From: Cyanophora paradoxa CCMP329
Taxonomy: Eukaryota > Plantae > Glaucophyta
Direction: 5' to 3'
Length of the DNA stretch: 64,000 bases
Assembly: GCA_004431415.1 (NCBI GenBank)
Contig: QPMI01000106.1
Span: 186,001-250,000, forward strand
Position numbers and translations under genes: made by a program. Shown piece by piece: positions 35,161 through 46,661 of this stretch. Under the pieces are notes generated by a model that saw only the letters and a list, made by a program, of their open reading frames with translations, was not told where the DNA came from and ran no database searches. Position 1 is the stretch's first letter. Every line of letters starts with the position of its first letter.

Positions 35161-38100
35161 GGGTCCTCCTCGGCCGGCCCCGAGGCGGCGCTGGAGGGCG
35201 CCGCCGCGCCCTCCCCCAGGCGCCCCCGCAGCTCCGAGATAATGCCCTTCTGCGGCCGGCGTCGGCCGGGCGGCTTCTTTCTAGGGGGGGGGGGAGGGGA
35301 GGAGGGGGGGTACCAGGCGCTGGATCTCCTTCGACTCGACGGCGACGGTCGCGTTGTTCGTGATGGTCTTCACGCGGGCCGCGTACTGCAGGCTGTTCGC
35401 CGACTCGTCCGCGTTGTAGTCCGTCGGCGACTGGCGGGGCGTAAGATGGGGGAGGGGGGGCGGAGGAGGACGGGGAGGGGGAGGAGGAGAAGGGTACGCA
35501 CGACATTGACGAACATGAGGGTCTTCGCGTTGCCGCCGAGCGAGTCCTGCATCAGCATCTGCGCGCGTACGCCCCCCGGCGTCGGCACCGGGCGAGAGGG
35601 CCGGGACCGGCGGCGGCGGCACGGGTACCGTGATCTTGTGGTTGCGGTACGGGATGAAGTCGGCGCCGCTCGAGCTGCGGGGCGGGGCGGGGCGGGGCGG
35701 GGGCGCGTGAGGCGCGCGCGGCCCAACAACGCCCAGCGCTCGCGCGCTGCGCCTCCTCCCATCCCATCACGGCGCACAGTGCGGCGATGACATCGCCGAG
35801 GGCGGAGAGGGACTTGTTGATCGACTGGGCCTCCTGCGGGCGGGCGCGGGCGCCTCAGACCAGAAGAAGAAGGAAGAGAGAAGAAGTAGAGAGGGGAGGC
35901 GCCTTGAGAGTGGCGCCCGAGGCCTCGGACTTGGCGACGCGCTCGGAGCCGGCGAGGTCGACCAGGGAGAGCTTGCCGGCCGTCTTCACCCCCGTCTTCA
36001 GGTTCTGCGGCGGGCGGGCGGGCGGGCGGGAGCCCCTCAGGCGCGCGGGCGCGGCGCGACACGGTCCGCGCGGGCGCGCGAACCGTCGCCTCGATCACGA
36101 CGGAGAAGACGAGGTGGGACCGCGAAGAGTCGGCGTTCATCCCTGGGGGGGGGGGGCAAATCGGCGGGGCGGGGGCGAATGAAGGAGGGGTACGGGAATC
36201 AAAGGCGCGCACGCGTCGAGGCCACGTGCCGCTGCTCGAGGCCTGCGGGCGGCGCGGCGCGGCGTAAGTGACGGGGTCCCCGAGAAGCTGTGAGGAGGGG
36301 GAGGGAGAGGGGGGGAGAGGGGGGGTAGGGGGTACCCTGCTCGAAGGTCGCCTTCAGATCGGCGAGGCTGTTCGCCTGGACCGTCGTGACGCCCGGGACG
36401 TAGACCATCCCCCGCGCGTCCTTCTTCACCTCCAACTTCGGCGCATTCTGGCCCCGGACCGGCAGGTTAGGAAGGGGAGCGGGTGGGGTGGGGTGGAAAG
36501 GTGGGGCGAACGGACCGCGCGCTGGGCGGGCGGCGCGAGGACGTCCCAGAGCTGCGAACGAAGTTAGTTAGAGGCGCCTTAAGAACCGGAGGGAGGGGCG
36601 GCGGGACAACAGGCGCGCCTGGTCCATGTAGAGCTCGAGCATGTAGGAGGAGACGGAGAAGGTGAACTTCCTGCGGACGCGCTCTCAGACGGCGAGGGAT
36701 CTAGGTCCCCAGCTAGGAGCTAAAAAGGCTAGGGGGCGGGGGCGGGGGCGGGGGCGGGGGCGGGGGCGGGGGCGGGGGCGGGGTCTCTCTCTCACTTCCG
36801 GTCGCGCTCGCAGACTAGGAGCGGGGCGTGGCGGAGGCGCAAGCTAGGCGTGCTCCCGTTCTAGAAGCGGCCCCTTTCTCTCTCTCTCGCGTGCGCCTGA
36901 GGATGCGCGCACTTGCGGTCGCGCTCGCAGATGGCGAAGAGCTCGGCCATGGCCCGCGGGGCGATGCCCGGGTTCGACGCGCTGCCCGTCATCGTGTACC
37001 TGCCCGCCCGTTCGCCCCTCAGCGATCCGAAGATATAGCCCATTCTAGAGGCGCTCGCTCGCCCCTCAGCGATCCAAAGAAATAGCCGATCCTAGGCGCT
37101 GGCCGATATTGAGCGCCGGCCGATATTAAGCGACGGCTTGACCTTAGTCCGATTCCACGCGCCGGCGCAGGGCGAGGCTCTAGCCGCTCCCTGGCCGGTT
37201 CTAGAGGCCCTGGCCCCGGCGCACGTCTTGCCGGAGCCGGTCTGCCCGTACGCCCTAGCCCATTCTGGACGCTCTATTATAGGAGGCGCTCTGATCTTTT
37301 GATATTAGAGAGGCGATCTAATCGCCCATCAGCGCCAGCTGGCCAAGTATAATAGGCGCCCCTCCGTTGACGCTCGCCCCTCAGCGATCCGAAGAGATAG
37401 CGCTGGCCGATTCTAAGAATTGGCCTGATTCTAGTCCACTTGATCCTAGTCCTAGCTTCTCCCCTCTACTTCGGTCGCCCCTCAGCCCAGCCCTAGCCCA
37501 TTCTAGGGGCTCTGGTAGGGGCTCTTCTCGGAGGGAGCGCTCCAAGCTAGAAGGGAGCGCCGATCCTCCTCGGCGCTCCCCTAGAAGGGAGCGCCGGATC
37601 TGAAGGCGCTAGCCCATTCTAGGGGCTCTATCAGTCTGGCGCACGTCTTGCCGGAGCCGGTCTGCCCGTACGCGAAGATGCAGACGTTGAAGCCGTCCAC
37701 CGCCGACTGGATCAGGTTCTGCGTGCGGGGCGCGGGGTCAAGCCTCAAAAGGGCGGGGGGCGGGGGTGGCGGCGGCGCTGGGCGCGGGGCGCGGGGCGCG
37801 CCTTTGTGTCCTTAGATGGGCGGGGGGCGGGGGCGTCTGTGAAGTTTAAAGTCTAAAGTCTATAAAGACGCAGGCGTGGGCGTCTATTAAGGAGGGCGGG
37901 CGCTGGGCGCTGGGGCGCGGGGAGCGGGGCGCGGGCGCGCCTTGGTGTCCTCGAAGACGCGCTCCTGGGAGGTGTCCTCGGGGAAGCACGCGTCGAACTG
38001 GAAGCTCTTCGTCTGCCCTGCGGGGGGAGTCGATGGAGGGGATGGAGACGGGGTGGAGGGGGAGGGGAGGGGGGGAGGGGGGGAGGTCGGAAAGAAAGGA

Positions 38101-40193
38101 GGCAAGAGGGCAGAGAAGCGCCCGCGCACCGTTGCGGCCAGGCACCTCGATCGTGTAGGGGCTGCGGGGGGGGGGCCAGGCAAGCGGCGCGATCAACAAG
38201 AAAGAGGGGTACGGGAAACGCGACGGTGCAGCAGGGGTACGACGCACTCGGGGAAGACGAGGACGGGGTTGCCCTGCTCAGAGGGGAGGCGGGGGCGGGT
38301 CCTCGCGAACACGCGGATCTTGCCTGAGATCAGATCAGATCAGATCGGATCAGATCAGATCTCGAGGTCTGCCTAGCCCGGCCGCAGTCACGATTGCCTA
38401 TGATGACATCGATTGCCTGTGCTATCGCCAGGAGCGAAGCGAAGGGAGATCAAATCTCGGCACCCTTCATGTCCTCGATGGTGTTGTAGTACTTCTTGCG
38501 GAGTATGACCTCGTCCTTGAGCGCGTGCTCCATCGCGGCCCGCCGCGCCTCCGCCTCCGCCGCCTCCTTCCGCGCCGCCTCCACCGCCGCCGCCAGCTTC
38601 TCCAGCTCGCCCTTGAGCTGCGCCGCCTTGGCCTCCTTCTTCTTCATGGACTCGATGACCGCCGCCGAGTCGGCGAGGGCCGCCTTCAGCTCCGCGATCT
38701 GCGCCTGCCGCTCGGCCTCGGCCGCCTTCAACGCCATCACGTCGGCCAGCCGCTCCTTCAGGTCAGCCACCTCGGCCTCCCGGGCCGCGAGGCCTTTTCC
38801 GAGCGCCTCCTTCTCCTTGGTCGCCTCGGCGAGGCGCGCCCGGTCGGCCGCCAGGTCGCCCCGAAGCGCCTCCAGAACGGCCTCGGTGCCCCCGGCCCGC
38901 GCGCTTGCCTCCTCGGCCGCCGCCGCCCGCGCCTCGGCCGCCGCCAGCGCCGCCTCGAGCTCCGCCGTCCGCCCCTGCGATGCTTTAGTTTAGAGTGCCG
39001 AGTCGCACGGGTAGGGGGCGGCCGGGCGCACCCGGAGCGAGGCCACTTCCTTCTCCAGAGCCTCGACCCTCGGCGCGTACGACTCCTGCGGCGAAAGTGA
39101 GCGAGGAGGGGGGGCGGAAGGAGTGGTCCGGGGGGGAGGGGGAGGGGCGCCGCCCACCTCGATGGCTTTGGCCATAGCGGCCCGCTGCGCGGCGAGCTCC
39201 TCGGGCGTCGGGCCCGGCGGCGGCGGCGGCGGCGGCGCGGACTGCGAGGCGGCCTCCTCGGCGCCCTCGTCCCGCCCGCCGGCCGCCGTCTCGTCGTCCT
39301 CCGAGTCCGGAGCCGGCGTGGCCGCCGGCTTGGCCTGCGGCTTGGCCGCCGGCTCGTGCCGGGGCGGAGCGACCAGGTCCTCGGCGGTGACCGTACCCCC
39401 CGCGATGCTCGCCTGCAGGTTCCGCAGCCGCCGCTCCGCGTCGTCCCGGTCCCGCTTCGCCTCCAGTAGCGCCCGCTCGAAATTGATCTTGTCGCCCTCC
39501 ATCTCCACGAGCAGCCGCGACATCTGCCGCTTCTCTGCGAGCGAGTGAGCGCGGACGGGAACGGAGGGGAAAGGGCGGCGCGCCCGTGTTGAGCTGCTCG
39601 ATCCGTTCGACGAGGGAGGACGCGTCTGCGCGCTCCTTCTCGAGGAGCTTCTCCAGGCGCTGGATCTCCTGCGTCACCGTCATCACGGCGTGCATGGGCG
39701 GAATTCGAATCGGGGGCGCTCGCTCGCTTGCCTGAGCCAGCGCGTTGCTCCCCACCGCCGCCTGCTGCGCGGCCTGCTTCCCCTGCTGCACCGCAGGCGC
39801 GGCCACGGCCGTCGCCTGCCTGATGACGCTCGCGTTCACCATTTGCCCGTCCTCTAAGTTGAGCTCGAACTGCACGTCCGAGACTGCGAGCAGATCCGCG
39901 AGCGCGTTCGGCTCCCCGCTCTCCGCCGCGCTTTGCTGAACGGCGCGGACGACGGTCTGTGTCTGTACGACGACCGCTTGCGCGGGCTTTGCCGGCGCGG
40001 CTGTCCCTCCCGCTGCCGCTCCTGTCGCCCCTCCTCCGCCCGGCTGGCTGGCCGGTGCGCCGGGCCCGCCGGCCCCCGCGGGGGCGGCGCTCGGCTTCTG
40101 CTTCGGCTCCTCCTTCTTAGCTGGTGTCGCTGGCTGAGCTGGTTTCTTAGCTACGTCGTTCGCTGCAGGCTTCTTGGAGCAGCAACCTCCCAT
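35145..40193 (-). CDS. Kinesin-14 (KCBP-like C-terminal motor) with an N-terminal acylation motif
   Basis: NTIEDMKG|[69 protein letters not shown] and a CaM-helix-like [12 protein letters not shown]. Starts MGGCCSK; coiled-coil stalk. Confidence 0.92.
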
Positions 40194-40334
40194 TCAAGCC
40201 CGCGCGGGGGCCATCGTGGCGAGGAGTGTTCTACTGCTGCGCTGCCAGTAAGGAGGCTGGGGAGCGCCGCCCCTGCACGCTTACCGAGGTTTTCCGAGGC
40301 ACCGTACGAATGGCGAAAGTCCCGTACCCTGCCG

Positions 40335-41511
40335 ATGGCCTTCGCCGCGACATCGATCGCACCGCGCGCTCCGGCGAGCGAGTTCGCTCCGCCGTGGCCG
40401 TCGACATGCGGCGCTTCGCCGGCCGCTGCTCCAGTGCGCGCCAGCCGCTCGGCCGAGCGCTCGAGCGCCGGCGGGCCCAGCGATTTCCTAGGCAAGCCTC
40501 TCGAGCGGCGCTTCGTCTCCAGCGGCCTCGCACGCGTTCCTGCACCGGTCCTGGACTCCCTGCGGCCCGCGGCGCCGGCGATTGTCATGGCGTCATCTTC
40601 GGAGCGTTGGCAGGACCCCGCTGTCGCAGCGCACACGCGCCTCCTGCTCTCCAGTTTCAGGAGGGTGGTCGGACGGCCCCTGGTGCGTCCTTGGCCCCCG
40701 CCTCCTCCGCCGCTCGCGCCGAGCGTCGCCCCTGCGCATGCCCGGCCGCCAGATGGACCTTGGCGGGAAGGACGAGAGCGATCCGGATGTGCCGCGCATG
40801 GTGTACGAGGCGCCGTTCGTCCTCGTGAGCCACGGCACGGAGCGTGCGCCTCCTTCGCCGCGTCGCCCCGCGCGCCCTGCAGCTGGCCGACGGGCGGCGC
40901 AGAGGAGCCGATCTTCAACTACGCGAACCGGGCGGGGCAGGCGCTGTGGGAGATGGACTGGGGCCAGTTCACGCGGACGCCCTCCAAGGACTCGGCGGAG
41001 CCCGGCCTGCAGGTCGGCCCGCCCCCGCCCCCTCCCCGGCCCCGACCCCGGCCCCCGCCGGCGCCCTCGCCCTCGCCCTCGCGCCCTCTGACCGCGGCCC
41101 TCGCTTCTTCCGCCGCGGCAGGAGGCGCGCCTCAAGGTCCTCCACGACGTGCGCCCCGCCCCGCCCCGCCCGCCCCGCCGCTGCCCTGCCCCGCCCGCCC
41201 TGCCTCGCCGCTGCCCGCTCACGCCCGCGCCGCGGCGCCCCGGCAGGTCGAGAAGGTGCGCGGGGCCGGCCGCCGGACCCCAGTCCGACGCCACGCCACG
41301 CGCGTGCGGGCCGCAGCTGCGGTCGGCCCTCGACTCCGCTCACCCCCCCCCCCCCCCGCAGCAAGGGTACACGGAGGGCTACTCAGGAGTGCGGATCAGC
41401 GCCTCGGGGCGGCGCTTCCGGATCGTGGACGTCGTCGTCTGGAACGTGCTCGACGAGGCGGGCGCCTTCCGCGGCCAGGCCGCCACCTTCCCCCGCTGGG
41501 AGTTCCTCTAG
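40335..41511 (+). CDS. Stand-alone MEKHLA-domain protein with plastid transit peptide
   Basis: MAFAATS...SDFLG transit peptide. LLLSSFRRVVGRPL, YEAPFVLVSHGT, PIFNYANRAGQALWEMDW, TPS, GVRISASGRRFRI..VVVWNV...GQAATF..W. Confidence 0.92.
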
Positions 41512-41598
41512 CCAGCTGCTTGTGGGCCGTAGCTAGCGCTGTATAACGCTTATCATCCCAGCTTCTGGAGTCCTAAGACTAAGACGAGACTAAGGACC

Positions 41599-41629
<31 letters not shown>

Positions 41630-41919
41630 TTAGACGAGCAGGGAATTCGAAGGAAGAGGGAATTCGAAGGGGGGCGAGGTCGAGGGATCCGGAGGAGGGA
41701 AGGGGGAGAGAGAAGGGGGAAGAGGAGGAAGGATCGCGCTCGCCGGGCGCGCGCGATCGAGCGCGAGCGGGCTGAGAGGGACCGGCGGGATCGGGGGCGG
41801 GAGCGGGGCGCAGCTCGAGGTGCGGCGGCGGCGGCGGCGGCGCGTGGCCACTCGAGGCCCCAGGGCGGCCAGGGCCACCTTGGGCCAGGGGATACGTGAT
41901 TTGTGGCCTTCATCAGGAG

Positions 41920-44054
41920 CTACGCGTGCGGTCCCGCGCCGCCCGCCTGCAGCAGCCGCGCCGCCCGCCTCTCTTGCGCGCGCCGCCGATTGTGCTCCGC
42001 CTGGCGCTTCCGCCAACACAGAGGGCATCCGCTCTTCTTCGATGTGCGGTCACTTGGGGTGGCCTGCCACTTGTGCCCGCACTCCTCGATCTTGCAGCGC
42101 CACCTGCCCACGCGTACGCAGGGGCATCAACAGAGACGCTTCGAATTTTCTCTCGCAGACGCGCGCTCCGCTTTTGTCAACATCGCACCAACGCTTCTCG
42201 TGCGAGCCCGGCATCACCTCGCTGGGCTTGAGGCCGCCGTTCGCCTCGACGTCCCACTCCGCGGCCACCTCGGGGAACCGCGCCTCCAGGTTGTTCCAGT
42301 CCGTCACCACCTGTCCCGCACAAGCGGGGCAACTGCGATCGAGAGGCGCTCATGATCAGTCGATCACCGGTACCGAATGTAAGCGTTTGATTTATATAAT
42401 TATTAATAAGATCGCACCCTCTCTTTGCGGTGGTGCGACCGCCTGGAGTCGCCTGCCATCTGCACATTTGCATGCAAATGAAGGTGTAAAGGCGGCATCG
42501 AAGGATGCAAAGATTAGATGTACAGAAGACTGACACATAAGAGCACGTGCTGCATTGCCACCAACACACGAGATGCGAATTCGCGCGGATGGTCTGCGGG
42601 GCAGGTGCGCCGTGATTATGAGAAACGAGGCCGAGGCCAAGAATAGCGATCGTGATTTCGACTGCGCACCTCCGGCGTGCGTGTGCCGTTCCTCTCTGGA
42701 TGCCACTCGGCGGCCGCCTTCTTGTTCAGCGCGGCGAGGCTCTTCTCCGGCGGAACAGCTCGGCCCGAGCCCTTCGAACAAAAAAAGGAATATTCACGAT
42801 CACGTATACGTGTGTGCACTGTGCATATGCATGAACAACAATAAGAAGAAGAATTTCGAGGCGGCCTTACAGAAGATGCACAATGCGGACAGCCTTGTCC
42901 TTTTCTGCGCGAATTCGGTGTAGCATCCCACTCGTGCGCATGATCCACCTGGCATCGCCACCTGATCGCGCAAGTAGTAAAACCAGCTGAAGATCTAGAG
43001 CGGAATGCATTCGTCGAATTAATATTCAATGATTCAGCACACCAGAAGCGCTTCGTGCTCCCGTACGTCACTTCGTCCGGGGTGAGCTCGTTCTTCTCGT
43101 GCCACTCCGCGACCTGAAATAGCATGCGAGCATCGCTGAACGCGCTATTCACTTGCACACGAACTCCAGCTAGAGCGCACCAGGTCGGGACGGACGACGC
43201 TCAACCTGCGCTCCTCGAACGGCGCGTCTCGAGGCGGCATACCCATCCGCGAGGAGCTCTTCTGAAGCTTGCCGCACTCGGGGCAGCCCGATGGATGTCG
43301 AAAGTGCGCTCTAGATGCGACCTTCGTTCTCCAGCGGTGCCCGCAGCCGCTGCACCTCCACCCCGCCCGATAGTTCGAACCGGCCGACACGTCCCGCAGC
43401 GTGACCTGCAGCTGCCGGCCGTCCGGCTCGGGCAGGTCATTCTCCTCCGCGTCCCACTCGGCGGCCAGGTGCGGGTGCGTGTCCGCGAGCGACGTGCCGG
43501 GCGCCGGAGGCTTCGGCCGCACTGCCCGAGTGCGCGGTCGCATTGCTGGTTCTGATGACACAAAGCTGATCATGAAGCCGCTGCTGCCGCGGCTAACGTT
43601 GACGCTGCTGGCTTCTGTCTGCAGCCTCCGCAGCGCTGCAGCTGCGCATGCGGCCGAAGGCCTGTGCGCGGACGGAAGGACGATGCCTGAGCACATCGTA
43701 AACCGAAGCTGTTGGAAGGCACGTAGGCTTAAGGCGCACCACGCTGAAGCCAGCCTGCGGCCGTACAGAGACATGTACATGTACACAGCTGCAGACCTGC
43801 GAGCGGTCAAAACGAGGCGGCGGCGCAGGCGGTCGATGGCGAGCACCCGCGCGCGGACAACTCCGGTCATCGAGCACAGCGCTCCGCTGCGTCGCCGCCC
43901 AGCTCGCTGGAGCGCCCAAGCCGACTCTGACCGAAAGCGCCGCCGCCGCCGCCGCAGCTCCCAACACGCCAGCGCCACTTCCCGGTCCCGCCTGTGCCGA
44001 CCGCGCCGCCCGCAGCGCCCCAGCCCACTCGCGGGCGAACCGCGCCGCCAGCAT
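41920..44054 (-). CDS. Four-repeat DUF4379-type zinc-ribbon protein with organelle-type presequence, copy A
   Basis: Four repeats of SLA..P.LAAEW...N...P..V..GS...WW.C..C.H.W.....R....GCP.C across spliced exons. N-terminus MLAARFAREWAGALRAARS. Confidence 0.85.
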
Positions 44055-44108
44055 TGCACACTGAACGGCCTGCGTACCCAGCTCGTCGACCACCCTGTAC
44101 ACCCTGCG

Positions 44109-45347
44109 ATGTTCGTCAGCGCTGCGGTCGACCTGGTGCAGGGCGGCAGAAGCGTACAATGCGCAGGCTCGCACGGCGTGGCTTCGCACGCGCGTGCGGC
44201 GAATTCCAATCATGCCGCCCTTCGCCGCCCCGTCGTCTGGCAAGCCTCGAGCAGCGGCTCCGAACCCAGCAACAAGCCTCCCCGCCGCCCAGCCGCTGCG
44301 GAAGGCGCCAGCTGCAGGCCCGCAGCTAGCGAGGGCCGGCTGAGGTCATCGGCCATCGCGGGGGTCGCAGCCGCGCTCCTCGCGGCTGCATCGGGACCGG
44401 ATGCCTTCTGCTCGCGTGCGTTGCTGACAAGCCGCGCCGCGCCGCCCGCCCACGCCGCTGGCGGCCGCTGACAGCGAGCCGCGCGCGCCGGCCCACGCGC
44501 TCCAGCCGGATACCCGCTCTCGTGCCCCGTGGAGGACGCCGTGTCGATCGCTCAGTGCTCGGAGAGCTCCCGCAGCTGCGTCAGCGTCTTCAACGAGGCG
44601 GGCCCCGCCCCACCCCGCCCCGCCGGCCCCGCCCCGCCCCGCCCCTGACTTGCGGCGGCGCAGGACGAGGCGCACTTTGCGGAGCCGTGGATGTACGACG
44701 GGCCGCGGGAGAAGGCGCTAGCGAAGCTCCGGCGCCTCCTCGCCTCCCGCGGGGACGTCCGCGTCGTGGAGGACGCCGCCGAGCGGGGGTATATCTACGC
44801 GGAGTTCGCGGGGAAGCTGGGCGCGGTGGACGACGTCGAGTTCTACCTCCCCGCGGACGATGTCGTCGTCCTCTTCCGCAGCAGCTCGCGCCTCGAGCGC
44901 GGCGGCGCCGACCAGCGCCAGCGCATGGAGGAGCTCCGCATCGCCCTCGGCTTCGAGAAGGCCCGCCCCCGTACCCCCAGGCGGCCCCATCCCCCTCACT
45001 TTCGCCGCAGCTGCCGGTGGTCCTCGCGTGGGACCCGCGGTGGTCCAGCAGCGCCGCCGCGCCGTGGGAGCAGGCCCGTACCCCCCTTCCTCCCCCCCCC
45101 TTCCCAGCCCCACGCCTCTTTGACTTTTCAGGGCGTCCCCCGCAGGTCTTCAAGGTTTGGTCCCTCTCGATCCGCGCGCCGGTAGCGCCCGCCCGGTTCT
45201 TGTACCCCTCTGACCCCGTCCGTCCCCTTTTCCTGCCACGTAGCCCTTCGAGCCCCTCTTCAAGGTCGGTACCCACCCCCCTCCCCCTCTCGCACCGCCC
45301 GAGGCCCGCTCACGCCCCCGCAGGAGATCAGCAAGACCCTCTACTAG
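44109..45347 (+). CDS. DUF1499-family protein, plastid transit peptide, copy A
   Basis: MFVSAAV... transit peptide, then CSESSRSCVSVFNE|DEAHFAEPWMY...GYIYAEF..KLGAVDDVEFYLP.DD.VV.FRSSSR....DQRQRMEELRIALGF. Confidence 0.85.
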
Positions 45348-45408
45348 GCCCCGCCCCCCGCTGCCCTTCGACCGGGGTACACGTGCGAATCGGAAAGAAA
45401 GAGGCCGA

Positions 45409-46044
45409 GGCCCCTGGTGCGTCCTGCTCGGCCCCCGCCCCCCGCCGCCCCCTCCGCTCGCGCCGAGCGTCGCCCCCGCCCGGCCGCCAGATGGACCTCG
45501 ACGTGCCAGATGGACCCGCCCGGCCGCCAGATGGTGCACGAGGCGCCATTCGGCCTCGCGAGCCACGACACGGAGCGTGCGCCCCCTCAGCCGCATCGCC
45601 CTGCGCCCCGGCCCCTGCCCCGGCCCCGGCCCTCGCCCTCGCGCCCTCTGACGGCGGCCCTCGCTTCGTTCGCTGCGGCAGGAGGCGCGCCTCAAGGTCC
45701 TCCACGACGTGCGCCCCGCCCCGCCCCGCCCCGCCCCGCCCCGCTCATGCCCGCGCCCGCGCCCGCGCCCGGCAGGTCGAGAAGGTGCGCGGAGCTGGCC
45801 GCCACGTCACGCCACGCGATGCGCGTGCGGGCCGAAGCAGCGAGGGTACACGGAGGGTACACCTTCGAGTCCGCTCACCCCCCCCCCCTCGCAGCAAGGG
45901 TACACGGAGGGCTACGCGGGGGTACGGATCAGCGCCTCGGGCCGGCGCTTCCGGATCGTGGACGTCGTCGTCTGGAACGTGCTCGACGAGGGGGGCGCCT
46001 TCCGCGGCCAGGCCGCCACCTTCCCCCGCTGGGAATTCCTGTAG
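45409..46044 (+). pseudogene. 5'-truncated MEKHLA duplicate
   Basis: Lacks exon 1 (transit peptide) and the PIFNYAN exon. Exon 2 is rearranged; the last exon is intact. Confidence 0.85.
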
Positions 46045-46661
46045 CCCGGCACTTGTGGGCTGTAGCTGTAGCGCGCGAATCATTCCAACATCCGAGCGCG
46101 AAGCCCTGAGCCCTAGAACTAAGACTAAGACTCTGAACACTGAGAAATTTATGTAATTACGAAAGGCGGAGAGCGGGGCTGGGAGCGGGAGGAGGGGGCG
46201 GGCGGGCGGGCGGGCGGGCGGGCGGGCGGGCGGGCGCGGCGCCGGCGCGACTGGTGCGCCGCGAAGGCGCCGCCGCCGAGGGGGACGATGTCGCGATCGA
46301 AGGGGAGGCTCGAGAGGGAAGGCGCGGCGCCGGCGCGACTGGTGCGCCGCGAAGGCGCCGCCGCCAAGGGGGACGATGTCGCGATCGAAGGCGCCGCCGA
46401 GGGCGGGCCCGGCAGGGAAGGGGGAAGGCCTGAGGGGGGAAGGACCGCGCGCCGCCGGCGAGCCCGGGCGCGAGCGCACTGAGAGGGACCGGCGGGGCAA
46501 GCGGGCCAGCAGGGAGAGGGATTTCTCGAGCCAGCAGGGAGGCGGGAGCGGAGCGGGGAGCGAGCTCGAGGGGCGGCGGCGGCGGCGGCGCGTGGCCGCT
46601 CGAGGCCCCGGGGCGGCCAGGGCCACCTTGGGCCAGGGTGATTTGGGCCCTTCACGAGGAG

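Noticed and set aside
36732-41625. (GGGGCG)n at 36732-36783 and poly-G at 41599-41625 as telomeric or special elements
   Set aside because: They are simple intronic/intergenic G-C tracts common throughout the window, and homopolymer lengths may be unreliable.
43795-43870. S1-domain-like peptide GVVRARVLAIDRLRRRLVLTARR upstream of the zinc ribbons
   Set aside because: It is a short match in a different frame from the presequence-bearing frame, and the rest of an S1 fold is absent. Probably chance.
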